A stretch of DNA of 63,014 nt, counting the filler, from Globobulimina sp. (taxonomy: Eukaryota): assembly GCA_003354225.1 (NCBI GenBank). It is 24 parts of 24 records of this genome, joined end to end, with 100 filler letters (N's around TTAATTAATTAA, not from the genome) between each part and the next. Parts side by side here need not be neighbours in the genome. Positions count along the whole stretch, not along the records: positions 10,526 to 13,056 come from PIVH01006142.1; positions 13,157 to 15,687 come from PIVH01006143.1; positions 15,788 to 18,318 come from PIVH01006144.1; positions 18,419 to 20,948 come from PIVH01006145.1; positions 21,049 to 23,578 come from PIVH01006146.1; 19 more parts are not named here. One strand, written 5' to 3'. This document shows, piece by piece, positions 11,551 through 23,678 of this stretch (its first letter is position 1; every line of letters starts with the position of its first letter). The notes under the pieces are model-generated. The model had not been told where the DNA came from, did not search any database, and saw only the letters and a program-made list of their open reading frames with translations. The position numbers were made by a program, and so were the translations under genes.

Positions 11551-12717
11551 ATGCCAAATTCTACAAATTCTACATGTGCCGGCATAATATCTACGGATAG
11601 TGAAACAAGCACAGAATTATGTATATTTATCGTATTAATATTTATTGCCTTCATTTTGCTGCTCGTTAGTTGCTATAGTATTTACCGCGAAAACTATGCA
11701 ATAGATCCAGATTATTTAAAAAATGCCAGAACTGTATCAGTGGCAACCACATTGTTGCAGTTAATCTGTTTTTGTGGCTATTGGTCTGGAATATTTATAA
11801 TGCAGCGACTCGCATCTACAATATGGGAGAGATTATTTTCGTTAGCACTCATTTTGATGGGTTTAAAATTTGCAGAATCTTATATTCTTTTAGTATCTAC
11901 AAATTATTCATTGCACGATCATACAAAAATACCTACGAAATATATCATCATTATATTCTTAGTTTGGTCGATTGGTTCATGCATCGATATTATTGGGACT
12001 GTTTCTGGATTGCTATATGTTTGTAATCATCAAAACTCAAATATATATAGAAAAATAGCTGTATTATGTTTTGCAATCTGGGATTTAACATCTCTTATAT
12101 TTGCCGCTGTATTATTTTATATTTTAAAAAATGTTCAACAAAAATTTAAAGACATATTGAACAGCAAAATGGAATATAAAAAACATGGAAAAGCGGCAAA
12201 GTTATTGAAACAAGAAAATAAGAAAACGGGCCTAATTATAAAAAAGCAAAGTTATATGTATACAAAAGCTGAAGGAAGTTTAGAAGAAGAAAAATATGCT
12301 ATAAAAAGCGTGAATACAATGAGCTCATTGCCCAGTGATAGGTTATCAGCCATATCTAACACAATGGGGAGCATCAATGATAGTGTCAGTGTGTTGACGC
12401 AAAGAGGGTTTATTATGATGTCGGAAGTTAAGAGGATGCGGATTTTGATTTGCGGATTGTATGTTTTGTTTTGTATATTTTTATTTAATTTATTGTTTCA
12501 TGGATATCAAACATTGGAAGAGTTTGGATCAATTAATAAGGTGTATTTTATTGAAGAGATGGTTTCTGCAGAACCTCACAGAGATGGTAATGCTCACACT
12601 ATTTCAGTATGGGTTGTTGCTTTTGTATACTTTCCCCAATGGACTGTGATAAATGCGTTTGTCATGGGGTTTTCATGGATTCCGGGCTCGCAAATGTTGC
12701 CTGCTTGGACTGACTGA
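11551..12717 (+). CDS. 7TM receptor-like protein
   Basis: 388 aa; N-terminal N-glycosylation sequons (NST twice), about 7 hydrophobic segments and a long basic third cytoplasmic loop. Confidence 0.7.
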   Translation: MPNSTNSTCAGIISTDSETSTELCIFIVLIFIAFILLLVSCYSIYRENYAIDPDYLKNARTVSVATTLLQLICFCGYWSGIFIMQRLASTIWERLFSLALILMGLKFAESYILLVSTNYSLHDHTKIPTKYIIIIFLVWSIGSCIDIIGTVSGLLYVCNHQNSNIYRKIAVLCFAIWDLTSLIFAAVLFYILKNVQQKFKDILNSKMEYKKHGKAAKLLKQENKKTGLIIKKQSYMYTKAEGSLEEEKYAIKSVNTMSSLPSDRLSAISNTMGSINDSVSVLTQRGFIMMSEVKRMRILICGLYVLFCIFLFNLLFHGYQTLEEFGSINKVYFIEEMVSAEPHRDGNAHTISVWVVAFVYFPQWTVINAFVMGFSWIPGSQMLPAWTD

Positions 12718-12888
12718 TGAATTATGCATTTAAATAAAGATAACAGTGTGTAATATAGTTATTATTGTAGTTACAAGTTGCGTGGCGCCCTGGCGGGCGC
12801 CTTAGAGTTATTGTTCGTTTTTGCATATATACAGATGTTAGATAAGGTGAAGTCTGATTTAATACACTAATACGTAGCATGGTTGCAA

Positions 12889-12935
12889 TTGTTCTTATAT
12901 TGCGCAATATAAATTTGGACCTAGGACCTAGGTAT
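12889..12935. repeat. Right inverted repeat (palindrome at 12895-12912)
   Basis: Reverse complement of 10591-10636. Confidence 0.95.
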
Positions 12936-13682
12936 CCTAAATTGCAATAACTCGAGACTTTTTTTGTTGTGTTTATCTGCTGTCTGTGATCCATATTGTT
13001 GTGCTAAATAAGCTTGCGTTAAAAGCCCACAACTCAGGTCTAAATTGCAATAAATTNNNNNNNNNNNNNNNNNNNNNNNNNNNNNNNNNNNNNNNNNNNN
13101 TTAATTAATTAANNNNNNNNNNNNNNNNNNNNNNNNNNNNNNNNNNNNNNNNNNNNAGACCAAATCCAAATAATATGTACAGTTTACAGTACTTTTCTTT
13201 ATCTATATTACAAACAGCAACAAACATATCCAAATCCGATGAAAAGTCGAACCAATAAAGATCAAACCATCCCAAACTACCAAAGAATACTTTGTTATTG
13301 CTTGTTTTAATCGGAGATAAGCTGTATTCTCCTCAAAAACACAGCCTATATGATTGCCAAACGCAAAGTGGATAATGGTCCTTCGTTTTTGTAATCACTA
13401 TTTCTTTGTATTTTGTTTATTGACTTTTCTTTTTCTTTTTATTAGTTTTCCTTTGTGAGTTCTTTTTTATTTGTTTTGTTTTGTTTCTATTTTTTTAGTT
13501 CAGCTCCCAAAGTTTCACTATTTTGCAATCTGAATTAAGTTATCCTGCATATAACGCAGTATACAATACAGTATCCTGTCTGATGACCATATTTGCTCTT
13601 CTTTGACTTAAGACATGTGTAGCACTGAAGTTATTTTTCTCTGAAAATGCATGTTAACTCTGAAAAAATAATGCAAGTTTGA

Positions 13683-15687
13683 ATGTCGTTTAGAAAAGAT
13701 TTATGGCTCAAACATTCCCCAAATGACTTGTGGCTATGGAATATTGTAGCAAATGACAAGCATCCAGCAACAGAGAAGAAGAATAATATTAATATTGAAC
13801 AAGAAAAAGAAGAACAGAAAGAAAAAGAAAAGGAAAAACAAGTATGGATTCAAAAGAACTCATTCGAATTAAAATACCGCATCGAAGCATCGCCATTTTT
13901 CCATTCAAATCGAATAATATTCGCAGCGGACCACAGTGGAATCTACGAATATAACAACAACAATGATCGATGTAAATTTATATACCGTTTCAGCAACACA
14001 TCCAATGGCTATTCACCAACACAATATTCATACATTTACAATGCGCGGAGCAATGCAATATTCTTCATCGGCGGTCGCAGTGCTGATGGCGGTGCCATTT
14101 ATGACATAATAATGATATACAATTTAGACAGCAAACGCATGACAAGCATGCCATTAAATGGTAAGAAGATCGGCACCAATCCCAAAATGATACTAATTAA
14201 CGGCTTCAATTTGCATATCATTGGTGGCAGTCATAATAAATACCATTTGCTATATGATTTGCGCTCAAATGTCTGTACATCTTTATATCAATTACCATAT
14301 CCAAACGGTTTGATGTATCACGCTTTTTTATACTGTCGGAGTCAATCCACACTGTTACTATTTGGTGGCATTTATTACAATACGAGCACAGCTGCGATCC
14401 GCTACAATTCAGACTTTTGGGTCTTCAATTTATTAAACAACGAATGGAATAAAATCATCCATAAAAAATTACCACTACAAATCTCCGGCTTTGGTTATAT
14501 TTTATATAATGACCGAATTATTGTCATGTTTGGTGGCAAAATCAGCGGCGATGAGAGTATGGATAATATATTTTATATCGATATATTAAATAATAATAAT
14601 AATGGCGGCTGGATAGAATCTGATAGAAAGTGTCCATTACCAGGCGGATATCATGCAATTATGGAGCTCGATGTGGTGGATAAAGCAAACGATTGTGTGC
14701 ATTTATTTTATTGTGCTGGCAATAAGGAACATTTTATCATTAATATCAATGATATCTTTGTGGATAATGGCTGTGCCCAAATAGGTGTTAATAATGATGA
14801 ATATGCTGCGATATGGATTGATAAATGCAAGTTAACGGCAAAGAGCAGGATAGAATGCACTCCATTTTGTATTGAAAACGGTTTAAATAATCATTGTTCT
14901 ATAATGTATTCCGCAGAATATAATGTTTATGATGCCTCAGTTGGTGGTATTTATGAGTATTGCTGCGAATTGGATATACATCGTTTGATTGCGAGGTTTG
15001 CCACACATAAATATTATCCATCGGGACATACATCGATTTACAATATATCTAAGTCGGAGATCATATTTATTGGTGGCAAAAATGTGGAAAATAATCGCAA
15101 ACCATATGAGTCAATGATGATTTATGATATTTCGCTGCAGACAATGACACGCATTTTATTTAAACGTGCAATTGGCTCTGATCCAAAGTTGTTGTTGATA
15201 AATAATTATAATTCAGGTATTATATATCGTTTTCACACAGAATTAAATACAAAAAAACACACAACATAGTCAGCAGAAAGTGTTATTGAATCATACCCAA
15301 AGTTTCTAAACACTTTCTGTTGTTTACTAATCTGACACATTTGTTATATATTTCTGTATTTGATAAGTTTGAGTAACGTTTCTGTTGTTTACTCTCTGTG
15401 GAAACGCTACACATTTACCACATATTTTAATGAAACAGGTGACTTGCACATAATTGGTGGCTCCCATAATACCTATCATTTATGTTACAATTTAAACAGC
15501 AATGAACTATCACCAATATACCCATTGCCATACAGCAACGGTTTAAGTGGACATGGTTTGATATATTGCTGTTTGAACGACAGTATTATTACATTTGGCG
15601 GTGCATATTATGATTATATCTCATGTTCGTATCAATTTTGCAATGACTATTGGATGTATTCATGTTTAACTGGTAAATACCGCAGCA
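13683..15687 (+). CDS. Kelch-repeat protein with a duplicated beta-propeller (intron 15217-15438), 3' partial
   Basis: Repeated FIGG/IIGG/LFGG...W blades; LHIIGGSHN.YHL.Y.L.SN occurs twice; splice joins NS-G-DLH. Confidence 0.85.
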
Positions 15688-15787
15688 NNNNNNNNNNNNN
15701 NNNNNNNNNNNNNNNNNNNNNNNNNNNNNNNTTAATTAATTAANNNNNNNNNNNNNNNNNNNNNNNNNNNNNNNNNNNNNNNNNNNN

Positions 15788-17846
15788 AATGTTGCACCAT
15801 CAAAGGATAATAAACCTGTGTTTTGTTTACCATTTGTATCCGGTACGTATTCTTTGGTGTTCTCGCAGTCCATCCACAACATTCAACAATACATTCCGCA
15901 TAATCCACATTTAAATTACGTCCCATTCGCGACATTATATGGCCACGAACCAAATTTTTATCAATCACATCCTGTGAATCACCAAAATATGTTAAATGCC
16001 ATCCACCATTTTGTATTTTAGTGTGATTTGTCATCGATGCAACAGTGGCTCCTCTGAAATATCCATATAATTTTTCTGTTTCTCGCATATCAGAGGAAAG
16101 CTGCGATAATCGGACAACTTGTGCTCTGTCAAAAAATGTATTCAAATGACAGCCAAAGTCATACGCTAAGAATTCCACTGCAAAACGAATCGGAGTTTTT
16201 AATCGGTTGCCACATTTTTTTATTAATTTCATCACTGAATATCTCGGTATCTCGTCGGTATCTGACAATGTAATAAAAATATTGTCCATATTGTTAAAAT
16301 CACAACGTATGGCACCAAAATATTTGAAGCAGTCTTGAAATGCTATATTAATCATATGATTTCTTGCAATTTTATTGAAATATTTACGAACCAATGTTTC
16401 TCCGCTTAATCCTAATAATTTGCCTTCGACGTAGATATTTTTATAAATTTTATGATGAATCATTTTATTTGTCATATTATTGCATTTATTTGCAACCATT
16501 TTAAGGATTTCATCGTTATATAACTCAAATACTGAGTCATTTCTTGGTGTTCCATCTGTATAATACATGAATTCTGAGATAATAAACAGATCCACAAATT
16601 CACACAACTCGTAAATGCGAAGTGCAATTAAATGTATTTCAGTAATGCTGTGTAACAGAAATATATCAATGATCAATGCATTCTGTCCATTATAAGCATG
16701 GTCGCAGTTTATTGAATCAGCAGCAATGAATTCATCCATTTGCAGACCATCAATAGTTAATATATCACGAACATGTTTTTGTGTTTTACGTACAGGTTTT
16801 TGTGTTTTTGTTGCTTGATTTGGCATATATTTGCCTGGAATTGTAATGTCGGGATTTTTTAATGGTAACTTATAAAACCATGCAGGTAATGACATATTAA
16901 ATAATTCAAAATCAGCACGAAAAGCTTTGGCTACTTTAACAGCTAAATTTTGATCATAATATTTCCCATAAAAACTAACTTTTTTCCTTAAATCCATTGT
17001 TTTGTCCTTTGTGGTGATGTGATTTGTGTCCATTTCAAACATATTCATTGTATGGTTGTAATAAAAATAATTTTCGAAATCAATTTCTTTCAAAAAATTC
17101 AATGTACGGTCTGCAATGAAAGAATATTCGTAATGTATGACATAATTATATTCATTCACAGATTCATACAATTTACAAAATGCATATTGCGGTTTAAAAT
17201 GTTGATCCATTTCATTTTGCAATCCATCATTTAAATCATTAATTATTTTATTTGCAAATATTGTAAAATTTGCAGTGTATTTCGCGTAGCTTTTACAGTG
17301 CCAATTTTTATGAAATATACATTTATCCAAATAACCGGATAATAAACGCTCCAACGGATTCCTTACAATAACGAATTTATTCCATCCTTTGAAAGTTTTA
17401 TAATTTGTGGCTTGTTTATGTTTATTTAAATCATTTGTAAAATGAACTTTTTTCATTGTATGAGGGTGTGGATACCATATAAAAATTTTTTCGTTCAAAG
17501 AAATTGAAATAAATAACCGTTTAAAAATCGATTCTGCACATTTTTCAATCGGACAATATAATAATTTGAGGTCATTATCAGTGTAAATATGGTCAATCGG
17601 TTTTGTTTCATTATGATTGCTCTGAATGTAATTATTAATATCATTGTTATCATTTGAATCCATTGCCATTATCACATCATTTATCATTTCTTGTAATCGC
17701 TTGATTTCATTATGATTATTTAATTTATTTTGTCCACCAATTGAGTTATAAACGTACTTAGTAATTGGTCGAATATTGTAATACATATAAATGGAAGAGA
17801 TAGCGATGCAACAAATTAATGTTAATATCCAAAAGTATTGTTTCAT
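15788..17846 (-). CDS. Type II Golgi protein: carbohydrate sulfotransferase (Sulfotransfer_2) fused to a GT17 (MGAT3-like) domain, 3' partial
   Basis: Sulfotransferase motifs YCPIEKCA, FVIVRNPLERLLSGYLDK and HFKPQY; GT17 motifs LRIYEL..FVDLFIISE, SDTDEIP and GGWHLTYFG. Confidence 0.85.
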
Positions 17847-17949
17847 TATTCAGCAAGTGTGTTTTTGGAAAATCCTCCACTATTTTACTTGGACAACCAT
17901 AGCAACTTTGCGATCCTCACTGTTTCAAAATCCATCCAACACTAATCCA

Positions 17950-18318
17950 ATGGACTCGGATAGCTCTGTTGACAGAGTCGAACTGGACGGCAAATGTTAC
18001 AGATTGAAATGTGACTGTTGCAAATCAAGGCGATCAGGTCTCGACAATCCCTCTTATCCCAACATAGCACCATGAACCAAACCACACCACACCTTATTTA
18101 TTGACAGAAAATGAATACGATTTCCATCCATGTAAAGTCGAAAAGTGCACCTTTTCAATATGTTGGGCATGTTTGCAACGATGGAAAGTACGTATTTTAC
18201 ACACACATTCACTCTAAAAAATGCATAAAAAAATAATAATTAATCAGGACCAAAGTGATAAGGACATAACAAAGCGGTTTCTGTGCCCTCTATGCCATAC
18301 GGAATACGATACGGTTTG
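17950..18318 (+). CDS. C4C4 RING finger protein (NOT4-type RING), introns 18038-18107 and 18188-18247, 3' partial
   Basis: Spliced product CDCC-x13(…DFHP)-C..KC.FSICWAC...CPLC fits NOT4-type RING spacing. Confidence 0.7.
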
Positions 18319-18418
18319 NNNNNNNNNNNNNNNNNNNNNNNNNNNNNNNNNNNNNNNNNNNNTTAATTAATTAANNNNNNNNNNNNNNNNNNNNNNNNNN
18401 NNNNNNNNNNNNNNNNNN

Positions 18419-19615
18419 AACATCACCAAACAATGAATTTTTACTCGCCTGTCAACATATGGCGATATTTTTCTTTGGAACATTTCATCCATTTTGGGGA
18501 ACAAAAACAAATTAATGACATCAGTCACCAACACTAGTAATACAAAAGTATTGTCATCAAAATTTGATGATTATGATGAGTCTGATTCCGATGAGGATTA
18601 TGATTGTGATATCCATGACAATGCCAATGATACGAAAATCGATAACATTGTCACTGAGATTGAACCAAAAAAATACAATTCTCCATTATTTTCATTTAGG
18701 CCGTTTCCATGCAACATTCGCGAACCTGTTTATCGATTAAAAACCATAAATAATTTATTATTTGTTGGTACATTCCACGCACTTTACATTTATAAATGGG
18801 AAGATATTATCCATGCCATACAAACAAATGATAATAACATAAAAGCACTGCATAAATATGTTCCACCTCAAATTGAGTATAAATATGGTGCAAAATCAAG
18901 ATTTGTGGAGATAAATTGTATGGTTTATAACAAAAACAATGATTCCGTATTTTTAGGCAGTGGACATTCGGATATTTTTGAATTAAACATCAATAAATTA
19001 CAATTAACCAACACATTGTCAGAACATAATGATTATATTTTGGATTTATCCATAAACGCAAATAACAATTTATTAACCTCCTCATCAAATGATGGCACAT
19101 TAAAAGTTTGGAACTTAAAAAATGAGCAAAATACTAAATCCGTTGTTACATTTAATCAAAATAACAGTGATGCATATTATGCAAATTGTTGTCAATTACA
19201 TGAAAATGGAAGATATGTAGTTGGCGGATTCGCTGCGAATAAAAATGATAAAAATAAAAGTAATAAAATATGTTTATATGAATTGAATATGAGATCACTA
19301 ATTACAGAGATTGGGAACAACAATAATTATATTCCGCAGGTTGTGAGGTTTTCAAATATTTGGAGACATTCAAATCAATCAAACCTATCAATTGTTGCTG
19401 GATATAATAATTGCAACTTATATTTATTTGATAAGAACTACAATGCGATAAATAAGAAAAATAACAAAACTAACAATGATATTACAATACAAACATCGTC
19501 AAAATCAATTTGGTCTGTCAATGTCTCGCAGAATATCGCATTTGTGTGTGGGGCATCAAAATATGTCGATTTAATTGCAAGCACAGCAAATGTTATAACT
19601 TCTTTGTCTGTTTAA
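18419..19615 (+). CDS. THOC6: WD40 protein, THOC6-like, 5' partial (apparent 1-nt frameshift near 18451)
   Basis: SPNNEFLLAC/STYGDIFLW, EINCM, HNDYILDL and SSSNDGTLKVWNL resemble THO complex subunit 6. Confidence 0.65.
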
Positions 19616-19712
19616 ATTTCAATCACTTGCGATAGGTATTTTTGACTGCAGCTGCACAACACCGCAGTTTTTTGAATTTTGAAACTAACACACAATACAA
19701 CCCTAGAAAAGC

Positions 19713-20899
19713 ATGGTGAAGTTAAGTATTTTTTGTCGTGAAATACATACGTTTGGTATCATGTTGTTTGCTTTTAACACAGTATTGTTTTCAATGGAGA
19801 CTATAGTGAACCAGCAAAAGTAATTGATTATAACTTGGTTGATCATAATTGTATCGGTCTTAAAGCAATTTTATCGGAGATTTTATGTAAATTTGATATC
19901 AAAACAGAGCATGCATTTTATCGTTTGATGCGAATAAAGCCAATGAAATTCATAACAATGAAAGATTGGCCACATTTACAACAAGAACATAAATTAAAAC
20001 CCGCCGTCGACATTGACAATGAAGTGCTTCAATTGGTTGATGTGCGAATATTTGCAACAGAATGCATACATAATTTGCAAGATTGCCATAAAACAGCATT
20101 ACGTTTCCGCGACAAACAAGACAAAGATAACAATAAAAACAATGAAATTTCGCGATTAAAATTATTGGTATTCCGTTTAAATGATTTATTGAATGAAGGT
20201 ATTTTTGCAGAGGAATTTATAGCTTATCGCGGTATGGAAATATTAATATTAATAATATCACAATTTAATTTCATTTGTTATCGCAACATTCAGTCATATT
20301 CATTGAACTGTCTCTGTAAAACTATGATGTATTTGAATGGTTTGGAATATATAAAACAAAACAAAAACATAATTCAAATCTTATTCTCATTCATTCGGAT
20401 TAAACAGAATGTGATCGTTGTTCGTGGCGCATTATTTATGTTACAAATAATATGTCAATATTTAAATAATTCATTTAATATTATCCATCAGTCTGCGTTG
20501 CAAACCGCACGATCAGACAGGTCAGACATGTCCGACATGTCCGATGTAACTTTATTACCTTATTTTGATGTGATTGAATGTTTAAATTATGGAGATTTAG
20601 ATATTGTGTCCAATGCACTGAACTTAATTAATACATTAATAAAAAAAGCAAATAATGCACAAAAAAATGCTTTATGTCATACCTTTGTGGCTGCCGGAAT
20701 CATCGAGAAATTATTAGGTCTCAAAAATTCAATCAATCAGAAAGAAATCAATGAATTGTTGTTTGAGTTTCAGAAATTGGTCGAAAACGTATTGCCTCCG
20801 TCAGAATTGGATGTGTTGATTTTACAGACACAAATTAAAAAAAACATACCTGAATTTACTAATAATCCTGAATTGTATGCATCCGTTAACGCTGCGTGA
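19713..20899 (+). CDS. ELMO/FHOD-type armadillo (GBD/FH3-like) domain protein, probable intron 19721-19782
   Basis: FAEEFIAYRGMEIL, NIQSYSLNCL..MMYLNGL and ALNLINTL resemble the ELMO and FHOD N-terminal ARM regions. Confidence 0.7.
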
Positions 20900-21165
20900 T
20901 ATTTAACAAACTCATCGTTTAAAAGCTCAACAAATGTATGTGTTTTTANNNNNNNNNNNNNNNNNNNNNNNNNNNNNNNNNNNNNNNNNNNNTTAATTAA
21001 TTAANNNNNNNNNNNNNNNNNNNNNNNNNNNNNNNNNNNNNNNNNNNNTAGTCGCCATTGTAAATTTTATTAAATGATATTTTTCAAAATTCTCAAAAAC
21101 TTTTAGTCTCAGATTGAATGGCTTATTAACGTAGTAAAAATGGTCTAAATATAAAGGAAATTGAA

Positions 21166-23340
21166 TTGTTTTTAACTTGGTATAAAGAAAACAATTATAG
21201 CGTTAAATCATTGAAAGAAGACATTTTAAATTCAAGCAACACACTTAATTTCTTTAAAACAAAATTACCATTCAAGCAGCATACATTTTTTATTTTGAAA
21301 CATTCATTAAAACAAGAAATTGATCAATATGTTAAAATAACACATGATATAAATTGTGATGTTATGACGTGTCCATCAATAAAACGAATAGTTGCAGCAT
21401 TAAAATATTACAAAGCATTATATAACAACGGCAATACAAATGAAGCTATTTTTACTCAATTAATTATTAAATATTTTGAACAAAAGTATAAATATGTTAT
21501 ATCTGATTATCATCACATATTATTCACTCATTTAATAAATCAAACAAAGTTAAAACATCTTCAAAATTATGAAATAATAAACAATGCAATTTGCAAAAAC
21601 AAAGTAGAAAAAAAATGCAATATCAATCAATGTCAACAATATAAAAGATATCATCGTGAAAGGGAAGAAAAAACAGATGATTATAAAGTATCATTATACC
21701 AAGATTTAATGGATACGATTCATTCGTATTTTGTTCATGGTTTTGATGACGGATCTCGCCTAAAAATAAGTGATTTGAGTTCAATGCATAAGAATTCGAA
21801 TCAAATGGTTCCAAATTATCAGCATATTACTGATGAAACATCAGTGCCATTCAAAGATAATAATTTAAAGCAATTACAAAACATTTTATCCCTTCAAAAA
21901 GATTATGTGCATCAATTACGCGGTAAACATCGTATTGAATACAATAAATTTAGTAACAACATTAATGAGATTGGAGATGAGAAAAATAATGGGATTGATG
22001 TTGGACATCAACCACATTTTTATTATTGGAATTATTATAAAAATAAAGAACCGTTTAATGAGTGGTATATAGCAAAAAAATATGGTAATTTTAAACAAGA
22101 AATGCTATCAAATAAGATTTCATTATCAATGTTTAATTATATATTATATAAAGCAACAATATTAATAAAACAGTCCGATTTTATATCAACGATGAAAAGT
22201 TCAATTTGTGTACAATATGAAATTGGAGAAGATTATAAAATAACTGTTAATATTATTATGGCATTAATATTTTTTTCAGATTTTGATAAATTACGTTATG
22301 ATTTTGTTCAAACGTTTAAAAAATTAAATGCAATGGAAACTGACCAACAGCTTAAAAATAGAAATGCAGAATTTTGGTTTTTAAGTAAAACATTGTTGGA
22401 AACTGTTGAATGTTATGGACGACAATTATATGACGAGAAAGTACAAATATTTTATACGGGCCATGGACGTAATTGTTTTAATATGAACGATATCGGCACT
22501 GATACTCAATTATTGTTTGGCTGCCCAATATCGGCAACACCTCATTTGGAGATAACAACAATTTATTCAAACACCGGTTTATTATTAGAGTTATGTCCAA
22601 GTAGTTATTCATTAAAATCATTTAACTGTTCATTTGTATCATCATTTGGCTTGGAACAAGAAATGCTGTTTTTTGGTGGATTTGGACGGAACAAAGCAGT
22701 GAAAATACATAGTATTATTAATTTAAATGATAATGAAAATTACAGGGTATTTATAAAAGCAATTAATTTATTTAATCGATTGATTGATGATAAAATGTTA
22801 TTTAATAAACAAAACTCAAATGTTACAAATATGGATTATTTTATTATTCATTGTTTAATTAAACAGCAAATGGAGTTAAATAAAATAAATGGATATAAAA
22901 ATATATATCCTCAATATATTAATAATATGTTTGGTAAATGTTGTTTGAATACAAAATATGTGGCTATTAATTTGAAAAATATTGAATATTATTATCCTGG
23001 ATTTAGTATTATTTGTATCTCTTCAAAATGTGATAATTTCGTATTATTTGATGAAATTGCAAAACTATTTATGAATTGTGAAGCCATAACTGTTGATATG
23101 ACTGGACATGGAAGTATTACATGCAATTACTTATCGTTATTGATAAATGCTGTTAATAAAATAAGTAAAATCAGCAGAAAGCAAAAGACTAAATTAACTA
23201 AAATTGAATTGAATAATGTACAGATAAAATGCGATGGTGTTGAGTTAGAAAAATGCAAATCTACATTGAGCATGGAAGCATGGGAAATGAGTATTGCACA
23301 AAATGAAAAACAATGTAATTTCTCTTTGACACAATGTTAA
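21166..23340 (+). CDS. Large protein with a degenerate ADP-ribosyltransferase-like domain (possibly 5' partial)
   Basis: FYTG ... PISAT ... SSFGLEQEMLF follows the Y-R-G / S-T-S / E-x-E order of R-S-E ARTs. Confidence 0.55.
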   Translation: MFLTWYKENNYSVKSLKEDILNSSNTLNFFKTKLPFKQHTFFILKHSLKQEIDQYVKITHDINCDVMTCPSIKRIVAALKYYKALYNNGNTNEAIFTQLIIKYFEQKYKYVISDYHHILFTHLINQTKLKHLQNYEIINNAICKNKVEKKCNINQCQQYKRYHREREEKTDDYKVSLYQDLMDTIHSYFVHGFDDGSRLKISDLSSMHKNSNQMVPNYQHITDETSVPFKDNNLKQLQNILSLQKDYVHQLRGKHRIEYNKFSNNINEIGDEKNNGIDVGHQPHFYYWNYYKNKEPFNEWYIAKKYGNFKQEMLSNKISLSMFNYILYKATILIKQSDFISTMKSSICVQYEIGEDYKITVNIIMALIFFSDFDKLRYDFVQTFKKLNAMETDQQLKNRNAEFWFLSKTLLETVECYGRQLYDEKVQIFYTGHGRNCFNMNDIGTDTQLLFGCPISATPHLEITTIYSNTGLLLELCPSSYSLKSFNCSFVSSFGLEQEMLFFGGFGRNKAVKIHSIINLNDNENYRVFIKAINLFNRLIDDKMLFNKQNSNVTNMDYFIIHCLIKQQMELNKINGYKNIYPQYINNMFGKCCLNTKYVAINLKNIEYYYPGFSIICISSKCDNFVLFDEIAKLFMNCEAITVDMTGHGSITCNYLSLLINAVNKISKISRKQKTKLTKIELNNVQIKCDGVELEKCKSTLSMEAWEMSIAQNEKQCNFSLTQC

Positions 23341-23678
23341 TCCGTTATTTTCTTAGTATTTTACCAAAAGGCAGTAATTTCGTGGTACAATGTTTTAACC
23401 ACTTTTGTTTCTGGTGTTTTCTATCCATTGTATGTGTTGTACCATTTTATTTATTATAATAATTAATACCAATACCAGTAATACATTATTCAATCTTTCA
23501 AACTTCTCTTGCTTTGTCACGCATGCCATCATTACTATCACACTTGTGAAAAACAGCATATTTTGGGATTCATATTTGNNNNNNNNNNNNNNNNNNNNNN
23601 NNNNNNNNNNNNNNNNNNNNNNTTAATTAATTAANNNNNNNNNNNNNNNNNNNNNNNNNNNNNNNNNNNNNNNNNNNN

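Larger units (their letters stand above)
10526..13056. mobile_element. Putative 2,477-bp circular DNA (or tandem unit) with an inverted-repeat control region
   Basis: The first 54 nt (10526-10579) are identical to the last 54 nt (13003-13056); inverted repeats at 10591-10636 and 12889-12935. Confidence 0.7.
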
